Source: Chloropicon primus
Taxonomy: Eukaryota
DNA length: 64,000 bases
Direction of reading: 5' to 3'
Assembly: GCA_023205875.1 (NCBI GenBank)
Contig: CP060754.1
Location: 434,001 to 498,000, forward strand
Part shown: positions 62,707 through 64,000 of the stretch, in pieces
How the letters are laid out: the number at the start of each line of letters is the position of its first letter
Numbering within the stretch: position 1 is the stretch's first letter
Made by a program: the position numbers and the translations under genes
The notes under the pieces: model-generated
The model's input: the letters and a program-made list of their open reading frames with translations, nothing else
Databases searched by the model: none
What the model was told of the DNA's origin: nothing

Positions 62707-63369
62707 ATGTCGAGCGCGCCAGAGTACGCGCTGCCGCAGAGGCAGAACGTGAGGCGGCGGCGGCGGCGGCTGGAAGATCCAGGGCCTCGCAAGAGGAACC
62801 TTGAAGAGGCGGAGCTTGAAGGCGGAGGGGAGGGGGCCGAGGAGGCTGTGGGGTTGGCGGCCAAGTCTGCGAAGGGCGAGGACTCCGCCAGTGGCCAGGG
62901 CGAGAGCGCCCTCCCAGAGCACAAGAGTCAAGCGGTCAGTGGCCAGAAGTTCGAGTACCTGGATCACACCGCGGACGTGCAGTGCCATGCGTGGGGCGTC
63001 GACCTCAAGGAGGCCTTCGCGAACGCTGGGCTTGCAATGTACAACTATATGACTCCGATAAGTGGGATCGAGGTGGACGCGTCCCTGGCGAGGAAGTTCG
63101 AAGCCCAGGGGCACGACATGGAGTCCCTCCTCTTCAACTTCATGGACGAGCTGCTCTTCGACTTCCACACGGAGTTCTTCGTTTGCAAGCGGCTCGAGGT
63201 GACCAGACTGGACAGGCAGAACTGGTGCATTGAGGCCAGGGGGGAGGGTGGCAAGTTCAGCAGGGAGAAGCACGAGTGCGGTACGGAGGTCAAAGCGATC
63301 ACTTACAGCGCGATGCAGATCCTGGAGGGCCCCGAGGAAGCGGAAGTGTTCGTCATCGTCGACATATGA
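62707..63369 (+). CDS. Archease (RtcB cofactor)
   Basis: FEYLDHTADVQCHAWG, LLFNFMDELLF, GTEVKAITYSAMQI, VFVIVDI. Confidence 0.94.
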   Translation: MSSAPEYALPQRQNVRRRRRRLEDPGPRKRNLEEAELEGGGEGAEEAVGLAAKSAKGEDSASGQGESALPEHKSQAVSGQKFEYLDHTADVQCHAWGVDLKEAFANAGLAMYNYMTPISGIEVDASLARKFEAQGHDMESLLFNFMDELLFDFHTEFFVCKRLEVTRLDRQNWCIEARGEGGKFSREKHECGTEVKAITYSAMQILEGPEEAEVFVIVDI

Positions 63370-63535
63370 GGAGGAAGAGCAGGAGGAGGAGCTTGGGGGC
63401 TTGTACCAAAGGCGAGTAGTCGCAGCGGAGGGCACTGCACTGTAACTCACCTTAATCTGTTGACACTTATCAGTACTGAGACGACTTATATAAAATAAAA
63501 ACCGATTCTTTTTTGCGACCTTTTTCAGAGTGCGA

Positions 63536-64000
63536 CTACGGTTGGAGCTCGCGCCTCACGCGCTCGACCAGCTCTGAGACGGGCCTCGTCGCGTCCAGAC
63601 GGATGCAGTTCTCCGCCTCCGGCGGCTCCAGCGTCTCGATCTGACTCTCCAGGAGGGAAGGGGGCATGAAGTGGGAGCGCTCTCTCATGCGACGGGCGAG
63701 AGTCGCCTCGTCGCACGCCAGGTGGACCCACCTCAGCTCGCCCCGGGAGAACCCCCTCTCGATCTCTTTCCGATACGAGTCCTTCAACGCCGAGCACGCC
63801 AGCACCACCACTCTCTTCCCCCCACCCCCCGGTTCCGTCATGGAGTGCAACTGGGCGTTGATGTCTCGCAGCCAGGGAAGCCGGTCCTCGTCCGTCAACG
63901 GAGTGCCGGAGGACATCTTGCCCAGGTTCTCCGCGCCGTGGAAGTCGTCCCCTTCTAGCCTTGCCGCGCCGAAGGCTTCCTCCAGCCCTCGGCACAGGGT
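63536..64000 (-). CDS. gntK: Gluconokinase, 5' end outside window
   Basis: EGDDFHG.EN..KMSSGTPLTDEDRLPWL, VLACSALKDSYR, HFMPPSLLESQIETLEPP. Confidence 0.92.
   Translation of the reverse strand, partial: TLCRGLEEAFGAARLEGDDFHGAENLGKMSSGTPLTDEDRLPWLRDINAQLHSMTEPGGGGKRVVVLACSALKDSYRKEIERGFSRGELRWVHLACDEATLARRMRERSHFMPPSLLESQIETLEPPEAENCIRLDATRPVSELVERVRRELQP

Noticed and set aside
62236..63450. 404-aa minus-strand ORF as a long fusion protein
   Set aside because: Antisense frame of archease running by chance into the first exon of mL41

Overview
Gene-dense, GC-rich eukaryotic nuclear DNA with short GT-AG introns, plastid- and mitochondrion-targeted proteins and very short intergenic spacers. 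It is most consistent with a compact green (prasinophyte-grade, Chloropicon-like) alga; that assignment is inference. About 40 protein genes are visible, mostly housekeeping: SDP1 lipase, NAT9, CBP3, IF1, FKBP, NPHP4, La, guanylyl cyclase, GDH, KCS, Twinkle, DUS3, TRAPPC5, SKP1, TIM8, RbgA, FabZ, a desaturase, Grx, NadC, WDR33, RlmN, LSM1, PRMT, mL41, archease and gluconokinase. The standout is a head-to-head pair of ~1,360-1,480 aa single-ORF genes at 17.2-26.1 kb. Each fuses a fatty acyl-AMP ligase, an acyl carrier protein and a GUP1/HHAT-type MBOAT acyltransferase, which resembles a one-polypeptide DltA/C/B-like acylation line. The two copies form a ~3.4 kb inverted repeat made of nucleotide-identical blocks interrupted by sharply bounded, unrelated islands that fall at likely specificity-determining positions. 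A second oddity is a CpG-depleted, CATG-saturated decayed reading frame near 59.1-59.7 kb. No tRNA, rRNA, CRISPR or intact transposase was recognised.
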